NCBI GenBank assembly: GCA_030593645.1 | Contig: JAUVGT010000027.1 | Span: forward strand, 1-19,967 | Direction: 5' to 3' | Length of the DNA stretch: 19,967 nucleotides | DNA from: Deltaproteobacteria bacterium | GTDB taxonomy: Bacteria; Desulfobacterota; Desulfobacteria; Desulfobacterales; JAUVGT01 | Shown here: one piece after another, positions 6,920-15,649 of the stretch | Layout of the letters: every line of letters begins with the position of its first letter | How positions within the stretch are numbered: the first letter of the stretch is position 1 | Notes under the pieces: model-generated | What the model was told of the DNA's origin: nothing | Seen by the model: only the letters and a program-made list of their open reading frames with translations | Database searches by the model: none | Position numbers and translations under genes: made by a program

Positions 6920-8260
6920 ATGAGCGAAGAAAAAAAAGCGAACACTATCATTGACTGTCTCTGTCAAGAAGGATGGGAGGCTTATATCGCGGGCGGAGCC
7001 GCCCGTGATATTATTAACGGTGAAATACCGAATGATTATGATATTGTAACCAATGCTCCTTATGAAGTCATTACCGAATTATTCGCGAAAAGGAAGATGT
7101 CCCTTGTGGGCGCGAGCTTTAAGGTGTGCATTATAGATGGTATTGAAGTCGCGACTTACAGGAAAGATAACTATTTATTAACACCAGGGAGTGTCCCCGG
7201 TGTAGTGGAGGCGAAAACCATACAGGAAGATTTGGCAAGGCGGGATTTAACCATAAACTCAATGGCATTTTGCCCATACAATGGCGACATCGTTGATGAG
7301 TATGGCGGCGTTGAAGATCTGAAAAACCGGATAATCAGATTGACCGGGAATCCTGGTGAAAGAATAATGGAAGATCCGTGCCGTATATTAAGGGCCTGCA
7401 GATTTCTTGCAAAGCTCGAAGGAAGTTTTGATCCCGCGACCTTTGAGGCGCTTAGAAAAAACAGCTTTCTTGTAATGGAAAGGGTTGCACCTGAACGGAT
7501 CAGACTCGAAATTCTAAAAACCATGCAGTATCATAAGCCCAGTATATTTTTTGACGCGCTCCATGAAATCGGCGCGTTAAAATATTTATCCCCGGGTTTT
7601 GAGTTGTGCTATCACCATGATGGCGGTGTGTATCATGGGGAAACTATAGACGAACACATTAAGATGGTTGGGGATTCTCTTTCAAAGCGAAAACCATTAC
7701 TGAGGCTTGCCGGTTTTTGGCATGATCATGGTAAACCGGCTGCTGCGGAATATCGAAATGGGAATGTTTCATTTATACGGCATGCTGTTCTGGGGACAGA
7801 AATCGTGGATCAGGAACTGATAAAATTAAAATTCAGCGTACGGGAAACAGAATTTGTAAAATCAATTGTCAGACACCATATGCGAAATATACATCCCGAT
7901 GACAAACCCAAAACAGTCCGCAAAATGTTAAAAAAGCTAAATGATGACGGTGTTAACTGGAAAGATTGGCTGCAAATCAAGATTGCGGATACAAAAGGGA
8001 ACCTGCAAAAGAAAAACTTAAACCGGAATGAAGTAAAGAAAATTGTATTTAAGATACGTAATGAACTTAAACCGGATTCCAAACAGGCGGTATTGAGTAT
8101 TAAAGATCTGGCTGTGAACGGTGAAGATGTCATGCGTACTCTACACATTAAAGCCGGTCCAAAGGTAGGAAAAGTGTTAAACAAGCTCCTGGACCATGTT
8201 CTGGATACTCCGGAACTCAATACGCGTGAAAAATTAATGAAGTTAATTCCGGAAGGCTGA
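6920..8260 (+). CDS. tRNA nucleotidyltransferase / poly(A) polymerase family (CCA-adding-enzyme-like) with a C-terminal HD phosphohydrolase domain.
   Basis: Pol-beta NTase head GGAARDIINGEIPNDYDIVT, tRNA-NT family RRD motif (DLARRDLTINSMA), and HD-domain metal ligands (FWHDHGKP ... HHMRNIHPDD). Confidence 0.8.
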   Translation: MSEEKKANTIIDCLCQEGWEAYIAGGAARDIINGEIPNDYDIVTNAPYEVITELFAKRKMSLVGASFKVCIIDGIEVATYRKDNYLLTPGSVPGVVEAKTIQEDLARRDLTINSMAFCPYNGDIVDEYGGVEDLKNRIIRLTGNPGERIMEDPCRILRACRFLAKLEGSFDPATFEALRKNSFLVMERVAPERIRLEILKTMQYHKPSIFFDALHEIGALKYLSPGFELCYHHDGGVYHGETIDEHIKMVGDSLSKRKPLLRLAGFWHDHGKPAAAEYRNGNVSFIRHAVLGTEIVDQELIKLKFSVRETEFVKSIVRHHMRNIHPDDKPKTVRKMLKKLNDDGVNWKDWLQIKIADTKGNLQKKNLNRNEVKKIVFKIRNELKPDSKQAVLSIKDLAVNGEDVMRTLHIKAGPKVGKVLNKLLDHVLDTPELNTREKLMKLIPEG

Positions 8261-8377
8261 TCATCACTAATCGGGAGACCATCATCATTAAATAACAATA
8301 TAGCTCAGGATGGGTTATGGTTGATCAGAAATGTATACTCTGGATGTTCAGTCAATCGTGAAAACAGGAAAAAGATA

Positions 8378-9298
8378 ATGAGCAGCATATTTCAGAAATT
8401 GGAAAATAAAAAACTTCTGGAACACCATCCCTCGTTTATCAGCACCGGTGTTCATTATGAGGTCGTAATGGGCTCAGTGGCTTACGGTGTTTCAAGTGAT
8501 GCTTCAGATATGGACGTATATGGGTTTTGTATTCCCCCGAAGGATTTTGTTTTTCCTCATTTGCGAGGAGAGATTCCCGGATTCAGCAAGCCGGGTTCAT
8601 CATTTGAGCAATTTCAGCAGCATCATATTTATGATCAAACGGCATGCGGCGGTAGAGGCAGGGAATATGATATAACCATATATTCGATTATTAAGTACTT
8701 TCGATTATGCATGGAGAATAATCCGAATATGATCGACAGTCTTTTTGTTCCAAGACGCTGCATATTGTACTCTACTCAAACCGGAGAATTGGTTAGAGAA
8801 AACAGGCACCTTTTTCTTCACAAAGGCGCGTGGCATAAATTTAAAGGATATGCCTTTTCTCAGGTACATAAGATGAATACAAAGCAGCCGATTGGAAAGA
8901 GAAAAAAAATTATTGAACAGTTCGGATATGATGTAAAGTTCGCATACCATGTGGTTCGGCTGTTAAACGAAGTTGAGCAGATTTTAACGGAGCACGATCT
9001 TGACCTGGAGAAAAACCGGGAGCAGCTTAAAGCGATACGGCGGGGAGAGTGGAGCAGTGAAAAAATAAAAGAATATTTCGCGTCCAAGGAAAGAGAGCTT
9101 GAATCCCTGTATACTTCAAGCAAACTTTCTCCAATACCCAAAGAATCGGAAATTCAAAACCTTTTACTTAACTGTCTTGAGCACCACTATGGAAGCCTTG
9201 AAGCCTGTATTATTCGGGAAGATGCGGCGATTAAAGCGTTAAAGGATATTGACAAAATTCTGGATCGTTTGGATATCAAAACTAAAATTAAAAGCTGA
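8378..9298 (+). CDS. Pol-beta superfamily nucleotidyltransferase, predicted-NTase (PF10127/RlaP-like) family, copy 1. The ORF track begins at TTG 8321; the ATG at 8378 has an RBS.
   Basis: GS-x9-DxD signature MGSVAYGVSSDASDMDVYGF. ~300 aa with an alpha-helical C-terminal half. It is a paralog of the next gene. RBS aggaaa precedes ATG 8378. Confidence 0.6.
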   Translation: MSSIFQKLENKKLLEHHPSFISTGVHYEVVMGSVAYGVSSDASDMDVYGFCIPPKDFVFPHLRGEIPGFSKPGSSFEQFQQHHIYDQTACGGRGREYDITIYSIIKYFRLCMENNPNMIDSLFVPRRCILYSTQTGELVRENRHLFLHKGAWHKFKGYAFSQVHKMNTKQPIGKRKKIIEQFGYDVKFAYHVVRLLNEVEQILTEHDLDLEKNREQLKAIRRGEWSSEKIKEYFASKERELESLYTSSKLSPIPKESEIQNLLLNCLEHHYGSLEACIIREDAAIKALKDIDKILDRLDIKTKIKS

Positions 9299-9380
9299 TT
9301 TAAGATGAACAGAGCCAATACCGACTCCGAATTTCGATTGAGCGCGTTATTATTTCCCCTTGAGGGGACAGGGTGATACT

Positions 9381-10145
9381 ATGAACGTAAAAGAGAAAAT
9401 ACTAACCGGTTTGCGCCGGATAGAAAAGAAGTATAACGTCAAAATTATCTATGCCTGTGAATCGGGCAGCCGGGCCTGGGGATTTCCTTCAGAAGACAGT
9501 GATTACGATGTCCGCTTTATCTATGTCCATCCAAAGGACTGGTATTTAAGTATCGTAGAAAAGCGTGATGTAATCGAGATCCCGGTTGATAACGAACTTG
9601 ATATAAACGGGTGGGATATCCGGAAGTCGCTTTCACTTTTGAGAAAATCCAATGCCCCGATTCTTGAGTGGCTATCCTCACCAATCGTATATATGAAGGA
9701 CGTTAAAATTCTGGCCCCATTGCGAACATTATCTGGAAAAGCATTTTTGCCTGAATCCGTATGCCATCATTACCTGTCCATGGCTAAGAAGATGCTTGAA
9801 AAGATCGAGAATTCTTCAAAGGTCAGAATCAAAACCTACTTGTACGCCATACGGCCTGTGCTTTGCTGCATGTGGATTATCGAGAAGGGAACCCAGCCCC
9901 CTATGCTGTTCGGTACCTTAAAAAAATTATATTTGCCAAAAGGGAAAAGCAGGGAAGAAGTTGACAAACTGCTCATCCAGAAGGCGAAAAGTCTGGAATC
10001 AGATTTAATCGACCATTCCATTGTACTTGATGAGTTCCTTTCAGTAGAAACACAAAAAATAACTGACAATATTCCCAAAAATCCCTTAAAATGTGATGTC
10101 AACAATTTTGACAGTGTGTTTAAAGAGATCCTGGAAAGTGCCTGA
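9381..10145 (+). CDS. Pol-beta superfamily nucleotidyltransferase, predicted-NTase (PF10127/RlaP-like) family, copy 2. The ORF track begins at TTG 9360.
   Basis: ESGSRAWGFPSEDSDYDVRFIYV (hG[GS]...[DE]xD) NTase signature. Conserved ...AIRPVLCCMWI...PP..F block. Confidence 0.65.
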   Translation: MNVKEKILTGLRRIEKKYNVKIIYACESGSRAWGFPSEDSDYDVRFIYVHPKDWYLSIVEKRDVIEIPVDNELDINGWDIRKSLSLLRKSNAPILEWLSSPIVYMKDVKILAPLRTLSGKAFLPESVCHHYLSMAKKMLEKIENSSKVRIKTYLYAIRPVLCCMWIIEKGTQPPMLFGTLKKLYLPKGKSREEVDKLLIQKAKSLESDLIDHSIVLDEFLSVETQKITDNIPKNPLKCDVNNFDSVFKEILESA

Positions 10146-10367
10146 TCTTAGGGGGCGCGCAAAAATAACTTCATATTTTTTACATCCCGGATTCAGGCCG
10201 GCTTTGCCCGATCCTCAATTGCAAAATTCTCGAAATAGCTCACTTGGATACATAATTTTGTTTTTACAAAAAAATATCCGGGCTGCTGACACGGGGTTGT
10301 CACTCAACTGTTGTATCAAAATACATTGCTCTAAAAACAATAAAATACTATCGCGGGGAGTTTTATC

Positions 10368-11117
10368 ATGGGGAAAAAAATAATCGATGTAAATGAAGCA
10401 GATATCGAAGAAACCGGATTTTTTTGCTATATGAGTAAGAAAAAAACCATAGGGTATAAAAACAAACTGGAATGGCTGAAATCAAGATTTTCAGAAGGGA
10501 TGAAACTAAAAATTCTTGGGGAAGGGAAAAGGGGCGTGATTGAATATATACCCGGAGAACATGCATGGAGGCCAGTCAAAGCAGAGGGCTATATGTTTAT
10601 TCACTGTCTCTGGGTAGTTGGTAAAAGCAAGGGAAACGGGTACGCAAAAGAATTATTGAATGAATGTATAAAAGATGCCAGGAAACTGAAAATGAAAGGC
10701 GTGGCCATGGTCACAAGTGAAAAGGTTTGGCTTATGAGTAAGAAGTTTCTGGTATTGCAGGGGTTTGAATCGGTCGATAAAGCGCCACCCTCTTTTGAAT
10801 TGATGGTAAATAAATTTGATAATTCAAACTTGCCTTCTTTTACCGGAAACTGGGAGAAAAAAGCAGAAAGATTTGGTTCCGGTCTCACTGTTATCCAAAC
10901 AGATCAATGCCCGTACATCGATGACGCGGTAAAACTTGTTTTGGAAGTTGGAAAAGAAATCGATTCCGAATGCAGCATCTGTAAGCTTGAAAGCAGTCAG
11001 GATGTCCGTGATTTAACCCCTTCAGCTTATGGTACATTTAGTATTGTATATAATGGTAGATTGTTGAGTTATCATTATTTAACACGAAAGGATTTATTGA
11101 AGCAAATAGGTAAATAG
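10368..11117 (+). CDS. GNAT-fold acetyltransferase-like protein with a C-terminal extension (YoaP-like).
   Basis: N-terminal region FFCYMSKKKTIGYKNKLEWLK...GYMFIHCLWVVGKSKGNGYAKELLNECIKDA resembles GNAT/YoaP acetyl-CoA-binding cores. RBS gggag precedes the ATG. Confidence 0.5.
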   Translation: MGKKIIDVNEADIEETGFFCYMSKKKTIGYKNKLEWLKSRFSEGMKLKILGEGKRGVIEYIPGEHAWRPVKAEGYMFIHCLWVVGKSKGNGYAKELLNECIKDARKLKMKGVAMVTSEKVWLMSKKFLVLQGFESVDKAPPSFELMVNKFDNSNLPSFTGNWEKKAERFGSGLTVIQTDQCPYIDDAVKLVLEVGKEIDSECSICKLESSQDVRDLTPSAYGTFSIVYNGRLLSYHYLTRKDLLKQIGK

Positions 11118-11122
11118 GTTTG

Positions 11123-11455
11123 CTATTTTGCCTGCCACATTAAATGATCCAGATCTTTTTCCATATTGTTTTCAGGTTCCGATATGGGGCCGGCCCATTC
11201 CCCTTTGTATTCTTCAACGCTGACCGGCTCCTTGTATTCAGACAGGCTCAACTGGGGGACACAAAGTTTTGAATTTACAAATAAAATACGAGGTTTGCCA
11301 CTAATCTGAGATAACGAATTGTCAGTTCGCCTATACCAGTAATTTCCGGCTTCCTGGGGTTTTTCCAATGTCCAGCAGATATTTGATTTTTCCCATGGTA
11401 ATTTCATAATAAACCCCGTTTTGAGGAAAAGCGTAAGAAGCAATCTTCTTTTCAT
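11123..11455 (-). CDS. Hypothetical protein (110 aa; may instead start at the internal MKLPWEK Met).
   Basis: Open frame only. No recognisable motifs. The first ATG lies inside the loop of a 14-bp perfect hairpin. Confidence 0.35.
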   Translation of the reverse strand: MKRRLLLTLFLKTGFIMKLPWEKSNICWTLEKPQEAGNYWYRRTDNSLSQISGKPRILFVNSKLCVPQLSLSEYKEPVSVEEYKGEWAGPISEPENNMEKDLDHLMWQAK

Positions 11456-11478
11456 TGAGGTGGACTTCTTACGCTTTT
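11427..11478. promoter_or_regulatory. 14-bp perfect inverted repeat (aaaagcgtaagaag / cttcttacgctttt) with a 24-nt loop that contains the first ATG of the 110-aa ORF.
   Basis: The arms 11427-11440 and 11465-11478 are exact reverse complements. Confidence 0.4.
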
Positions 11479-11757
11479 GCAGGAGTGGTTCGGTTATTTA
11501 ATAACCGTAATTGAATCATATATCACCGAAATGTGGAAAACAATCCGGGAAACTACTCGATTTTGACTAAGTAGAACTACGCAGTTTTTACAGACACTGT
11601 GTATGTAAAAAACGATGTTATTATAAAAACATAATAATAACATAGACTTACAAAATATTTATAAAATAAATAGCATTCAGTGCGGGTATCGTCTACAAAA
11701 TATTTTATACTATTTTAATGACGGTCTATCCGTATCACCGTAAATTTTAATCTGTCT

Positions 11758-12183
11758 CTACTCATCATGGGGGGACACGGATTTTCTGAGTTTTTTTGTT
11801 TTACTTCTACGCTTTTTGGATTCTAAAATCCTCTTTTTTGATGCATAAGATTGTTTCGTTTTTTTTCTTTTTTTCGGTTTTTCTGCTGCCTGTTTTATTA
11901 ATTCGACAAGCCGATCAACAGCATCCTGCCGATTATGGGTCTGGGTTCGAAAACGCCGGGCATTAATGATCAGGATACCGTTATCGGTAATCCGGTGCCC
12001 CGAAAGCGTTTTTAAACGGGCACGAACATCATCCGGAAGTGATGGTGAATTTTTTACATCAAAACGGAGCTGAACCGCGGAGGAGACCTTGTTAACGTTC
12101 TGGCCGCCCGGTCCGGAAGCACGGATAAAATCGAATTTTAGTTCATTCTCATCAATTGAAATTTCTGCTGAAATGTTAATCAT
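11758..12183 (-). CDS. arfB: ArfB (YaeJ)-type alternative ribosome-rescue factor / peptidyl-tRNA hydrolase.
   Basis: GGQ catalytic motif in SGPGGQNVNKVSSAVQLRF, followed by a lysine/arginine-rich C-terminal tail (KPKKRKKTKQ...KKRRSKTKKLRK) that is diagnostic of ArfB. 141 aa. Confidence 0.85.
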   Translation of the reverse strand: MINISAEISIDENELKFDFIRASGPGGQNVNKVSSAVQLRFDVKNSPSLPDDVRARLKTLSGHRITDNGILIINARRFRTQTHNRQDAVDRLVELIKQAAEKPKKRKKTKQSYASKKRILESKKRRSKTKKLRKSVSPHDE

Positions 12184-12235
12184 GCTATATATTTCCGATA
12201 TAATGGTTTATATTATTGTTTAAATTACAGTATGA

Positions 12236-12721
12236 TTAATCGAGAAACACAACATTACTTCCTCGTATTTCACCATTGACTGCTACCCTGTACCAATGCC
12301 TTAAAATCAGGGTTTTATGATCAGGGTGACGGATCCATCCACGAACGTACAATGCGGGATCCCGGGTCATACGATTCCAACTCCAGGACTTTGCCTTGGG
12401 ATGTTTTCTGATATAACGACGTTTTTCGTTTTCAGTCAATCCCGCTGCAAGCCTGGTTCTTTCATTGATATCTTTGACCCTGGAGGCAAAAACCTGAACC
12501 GTGTAGACTGTAGTGCCGCCAACAATATATGCTTCCTGTGCCCGGTGAGGCTTATTGCCTGCTCTTACATTTGAAAGCATTATCGGTTCACCGCCTTTTG
12601 GGCGCAGGATCATCGCTTCCTTAACACTGAACCCTTCGACAGGAACAAAAAACCATTCCCCCTGCCGTTTGAATCCTTTGTTTTTACGGCGATGAAGCTG
12701 TCGTTTTTTAACATGATGCAT
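12236..12721 (-). CDS. Hypothetical basic protein (161 aa), co-oriented between rtcB and arfB.
   Basis: Intact ORF with a very basic N-terminus (MHHVKKRQLHRRKNKGFKRQ). No motif I can name. Confidence 0.5.
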   Translation of the reverse strand: MHHVKKRQLHRRKNKGFKRQGEWFFVPVEGFSVKEAMILRPKGGEPIMLSNVRAGNKPHRAQEAYIVGGTTVYTVQVFASRVKDINERTRLAAGLTENEKRRYIRKHPKAKSWSWNRMTRDPALYVRGWIRHPDHKTLILRHWYRVAVNGEIRGSNVVFLD

Positions 12722-12748
12722 TTTCTGAGACCATACCGCCAGTTCGGG

Positions 12749-13135
12749 TTATAATGCCTGCTTGGCAGCAAGTACGTTGCTGACTGTTCGGCGCGGTACC
12801 TGGGCCGCAAAAAATTCTCTTTCATCATGGCCGCAAAGCGTTTTAATGACTTCAGGATCCGGAGAAGTTCTGGCATTAAAGACTTTTGCCATTAGTAAAA
12901 GGTGGCGGTCTTTGGCCTGAACATCAGGCACAATAATATCTACTGTACCGCGAGTCCGGATGTCAAATATTTCTCCTTTTTTATCATTGATTACATCAAC
13001 GACATTATTACTGTTTTTATTATTTGCAGACCGGTCTGCAAGCCCGGAAAACATAACCCGTGCACCGATCATTTCAAATTTGTTTTTAATTATTTCTTTA
13101 TCCAATTGTTCACCTCTTTCTATAAGCGGCTCCAA
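12749..13135 (-). CDS. Hypothetical protein (128 aa, TTG start in the ORF track), co-oriented downstream of rtcB.
   Basis: Open frame in operon context with a 27-nt gap to the next gene. No recognisable motif. The start codon is uncertain. Confidence 0.4.
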   Translation of the reverse strand: MEPLIERGEQLDKEIIKNKFEMIGARVMFSGLADRSANNKNSNNVVDVINDKKGEIFDIRTRGTVDIIVPDVQAKDRHLLLMAKVFNARTSPDPEVIKTLCGHDEREFFAAQVPRRTVSNVLAAKQAL

Positions 13136-13309
13136 AACTTCCCATCAGGTCCAATTTTTGCTCCACCTTGAACGTAAACCTTGTTGGTAGTTTTGAAACC
13201 ACCTAAAAAAATATTTAGATTATAACTCTATCCTCTAATCAGAAAAAGGTTTCTGTTCAGAGGCGGCCAGCGTTGAATGATTTATTTCGTGGTTTCTAAT
13301 CATTTCATT

Positions 13310-14515
13310 TTATCCCTTCACAACGCCAAGCGGTCTAAGCTTCACAATTGGCTTGATCAGATCAAGTTCTGATTTAATAACCGCATCAATATCTTTATAT
13401 GCCTGGGGGGCTTCACCCAGATCGTATAATCCTTTGGTTTTACCTCTTTTTACTTTTTTCCATCTGTCGTATACGATTCCATCCATGGCCCGGTCACATT
13501 CTTCAGGTGTCAGGTTCTGGGTGGCCTGGTTTCTTCCCATTACTCGTCCGGCACCATGGGAACAGGACATAAAGGATTCCGCGGTACCCAGTCCTTCAAC
13601 AATATATGAAAATGAGCCCATGGAACCGGGGATAATTCCGGTCTCGTTCACTTTTGCTGACGTTGCGCCTTTTCTGTGCACCCAGACATTCTCACCAAAA
13701 TGGTTTTCGAGGGCCGCGTAATTATGGTGAATATTAATGGGCGCATTGAAAGTCACATTGCTGAAAATAGAGGAGAATGCTTCCATAAAGCGGTTCATGA
13801 TTCTCCGCCTGTTTTCTTTTGCATAGGATAGCGCGAAATTCATGTCTCGAATATAGCCCTGTCCTTCCCTGCTGTTAACCGGAAGAAATGCCAGATCTTT
13901 ATTCGGAATAACGGAGTAATATTTGCGGTTCAATTCAATGGCAACTGAATGATGATGTCTTGCGATGACATTTCCAAGATGCCTTGACCCTGAATGAATC
14001 ATCAGCCATACAAATTCATCATCCCCATCCTGGATCTCAATAAAATGGTTTCCACCTCCAAGAGTTCCAAGGTTTCGGCTCGCCAGATCGCCCACATGGT
14101 CTGTAAACCACCCCGTTTCATGGAATTCTTCAATATCTTCATCAATGCCTTCCCATGTTTGCGGTTTTTTATGAGCGTGTCCTTCTCCGCACGGAACAAA
14201 CGTTTTCACGAGGGTTACGATTTCACGCAGCTGTTCTTTTGTGACTCCGGAAGCCAGAATATCCGTCTTAACCGCTCCCATACCGCATCCAATATCAACT
14301 CCCACGGCATTCGGGATAACCGCGTTTTTGCATCCAATCACTCCTCCGATAGGCATTCCATAACCCTGATGGCAGTCGGGCATTAGAGCCACGTGGCGAA
14401 ATACAACCGGATGCATGGCAAGATCAGAGGCCTGAGCCCATGCCCTTTCTTCGATATCTTTGCACCATGATTTGATCGGCACTTTAAATTTATCTTCATT
14501 TTTTACCCATTCCAT
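13310..14515 (-). CDS. rtcB: RNA-splicing ligase RtcB (3'-phosphate/5'-OH RNA ligase). The preferred start is the MEWVKNED Met, which has a ggaggag RBS; the longest ORF would start at 14560.
   Basis: Hallmarks MPDCHQGYGMPIGG, GVDIGCGM, GGGNHFIEIQ, HSGSRHLGN, HHNY and CSHGAGR are all present. Confidence 0.92.
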   Translation of the reverse strand: MEWVKNEDKFKVPIKSWCKDIEERAWAQASDLAMHPVVFRHVALMPDCHQGYGMPIGGVIGCKNAVIPNAVGVDIGCGMGAVKTDILASGVTKEQLREIVTLVKTFVPCGEGHAHKKPQTWEGIDEDIEEFHETGWFTDHVGDLASRNLGTLGGGNHFIEIQDGDDEFVWLMIHSGSRHLGNVIARHHHSVAIELNRKYYSVIPNKDLAFLPVNSREGQGYIRDMNFALSYAKENRRRIMNRFMEAFSSIFSNVTFNAPINIHHNYAALENHFGENVWVHRKGATSAKVNETGIIPGSMGSFSYIVEGLGTAESFMSCSHGAGRVMGRNQATQNLTPEECDRAMDGIVYDRWKKVKRGKTKGLYDLGEAPQAYKDIDAVIKSELDLIKPIVKLRPLGVVKG

Positions 14516-14588
14516 GGTATTTCTCCTCCACGAGTATTTTCTGTAAAACAGATAAGGCATACCTGCTCTATGCCCGCCATGAAGGTTT

Positions 14589-15626
14589 TTACTTCATAGT
14601 GTATGGTTGACCATTGATTTTAATTTCACAGGCGTTTTCATCATACTGGTCAATGGAAACATCAATATCAAGGAACTGCTTGAGTACTTCAATATTGGTT
14701 AACGTATGCCTCGACGGGGTAAGGGTTCTGAATTTACCTCCCCCGGCCAAAGCCATTGGAATTAAAAGCTGATCAGCCAGGTAGCCGGCAACCGGCACTT
14801 TCGAGTTTAGATATTTCTGAACAAGCGTTACTGTTTTGTTTGCAACTTTTTCAGCAGTAACACCTCTTTCCCCGAATCCTGTAAACATTTCAGTGATGTT
14901 TTCGCTTTCAATTTCAACGGTCAGGATGTTCCCGGGTCCCATGGAACCCGTTACATCTTCTGCAATAAGGTCCTCCCGGGCCATATTCAGCTTGTCTTTC
15001 AATATTTTTAGTTCTCTGTTGGCGATGCTAATCGGCAGTTTTGCCGTTTTAGCAATGGCCCTTTGATTGATAACCCTGCCTCTTGCCGATAGATCTATTT
15101 TATTTAAGCTCCGGGTCGGTTTGACATTGACTGTGAACCGTCCTCCGCCCGCGGGATAGAAACCGGGCCGTTCAAGGACGGACGTGACTTCCGGACCCAT
15201 CTTATTGATCAGCGGCAAAAAAGCCTTCACTAGAAAATCAAAGGGCGGGGCATATGGGTTATGTGTGCCACCCTCCAGAACAACTCTTGAAGAATTTTTC
15301 GCAAGTAGCAGGGACGGGAGTATCGTTTGAAGTACAAGCGTACAGCTCCCGGCAGTACCGACCGAGAAAAGATAATCTCCCGCGTCAACAGTAACAGGTG
15401 AAAAAAATAGTTCTCCTGATCCGATGCTGTTGCCTTTAATTTCAGCTTTTCCGATTTCAGAGGCTGCGTTCGCCGCGGTCAGATGCTGTCTCATCAGACC
15501 CGGTTTTCTTCGGCCGGCCCGGATATTTTTAATCAAAAAAGGTTTCCCGGTCACAAGTGACATAGCCAGTGATGTCCGCAGGACCTGTCCGCCTCCTTCT
15601 CCAAATGAACCGTCAATATGTATCAT
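14589..15626 (-). CDS. rtcA: RNA 3'-terminal phosphate cyclase RtcA.
   Basis: The N-terminus IHIDGSFGEGGGQVLRTSLAMSLVTGKPFLIKNIRAGRRKPGLMRQHL is near-identical in pattern to E. coli RtcA. Also GSCTLVLQTILP and YLADQLLIPMALAGGG. RBS gagga. Confidence 0.92.
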   Translation of the reverse strand: MIHIDGSFGEGGGQVLRTSLAMSLVTGKPFLIKNIRAGRRKPGLMRQHLTAANAASEIGKAEIKGNSIGSGELFFSPVTVDAGDYLFSVGTAGSCTLVLQTILPSLLLAKNSSRVVLEGGTHNPYAPPFDFLVKAFLPLINKMGPEVTSVLERPGFYPAGGGRFTVNVKPTRSLNKIDLSARGRVINQRAIAKTAKLPISIANRELKILKDKLNMAREDLIAEDVTGSMGPGNILTVEIESENITEMFTGFGERGVTAEKVANKTVTLVQKYLNSKVPVAGYLADQLLIPMALAGGGKFRTLTPSRHTLTNIEVLKQFLDIDVSIDQYDENACEIKINGQPYTMK

Positions 15627-15649
15627 TTTTTATCCTCATTATTGGTTTA

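Noticed and set aside
11610-11660. Intrinsic terminator after arfB (gttattat / ataataac stem plus T-run on the minus strand)
   Set aside because: The stem is A/T only and predicted to be very weak. It is kept as an observation only.
12749-13135. 128-aa ORF as archease (the RtcB cofactor)
   Set aside because: It lacks the conserved N-terminal HTADIG-type motif and the overall archease pattern. It is left as hypothetical.
14516-14560. Longer N-terminal extension of RtcB (MPYLFYRKYSWRRNT...)
   Set aside because: The internal Met (MEWVKNED) is preceded by a ggaggag RBS and aligns with the RtcB N-terminus. The extension would nearly abut rtcA and has no RBS.
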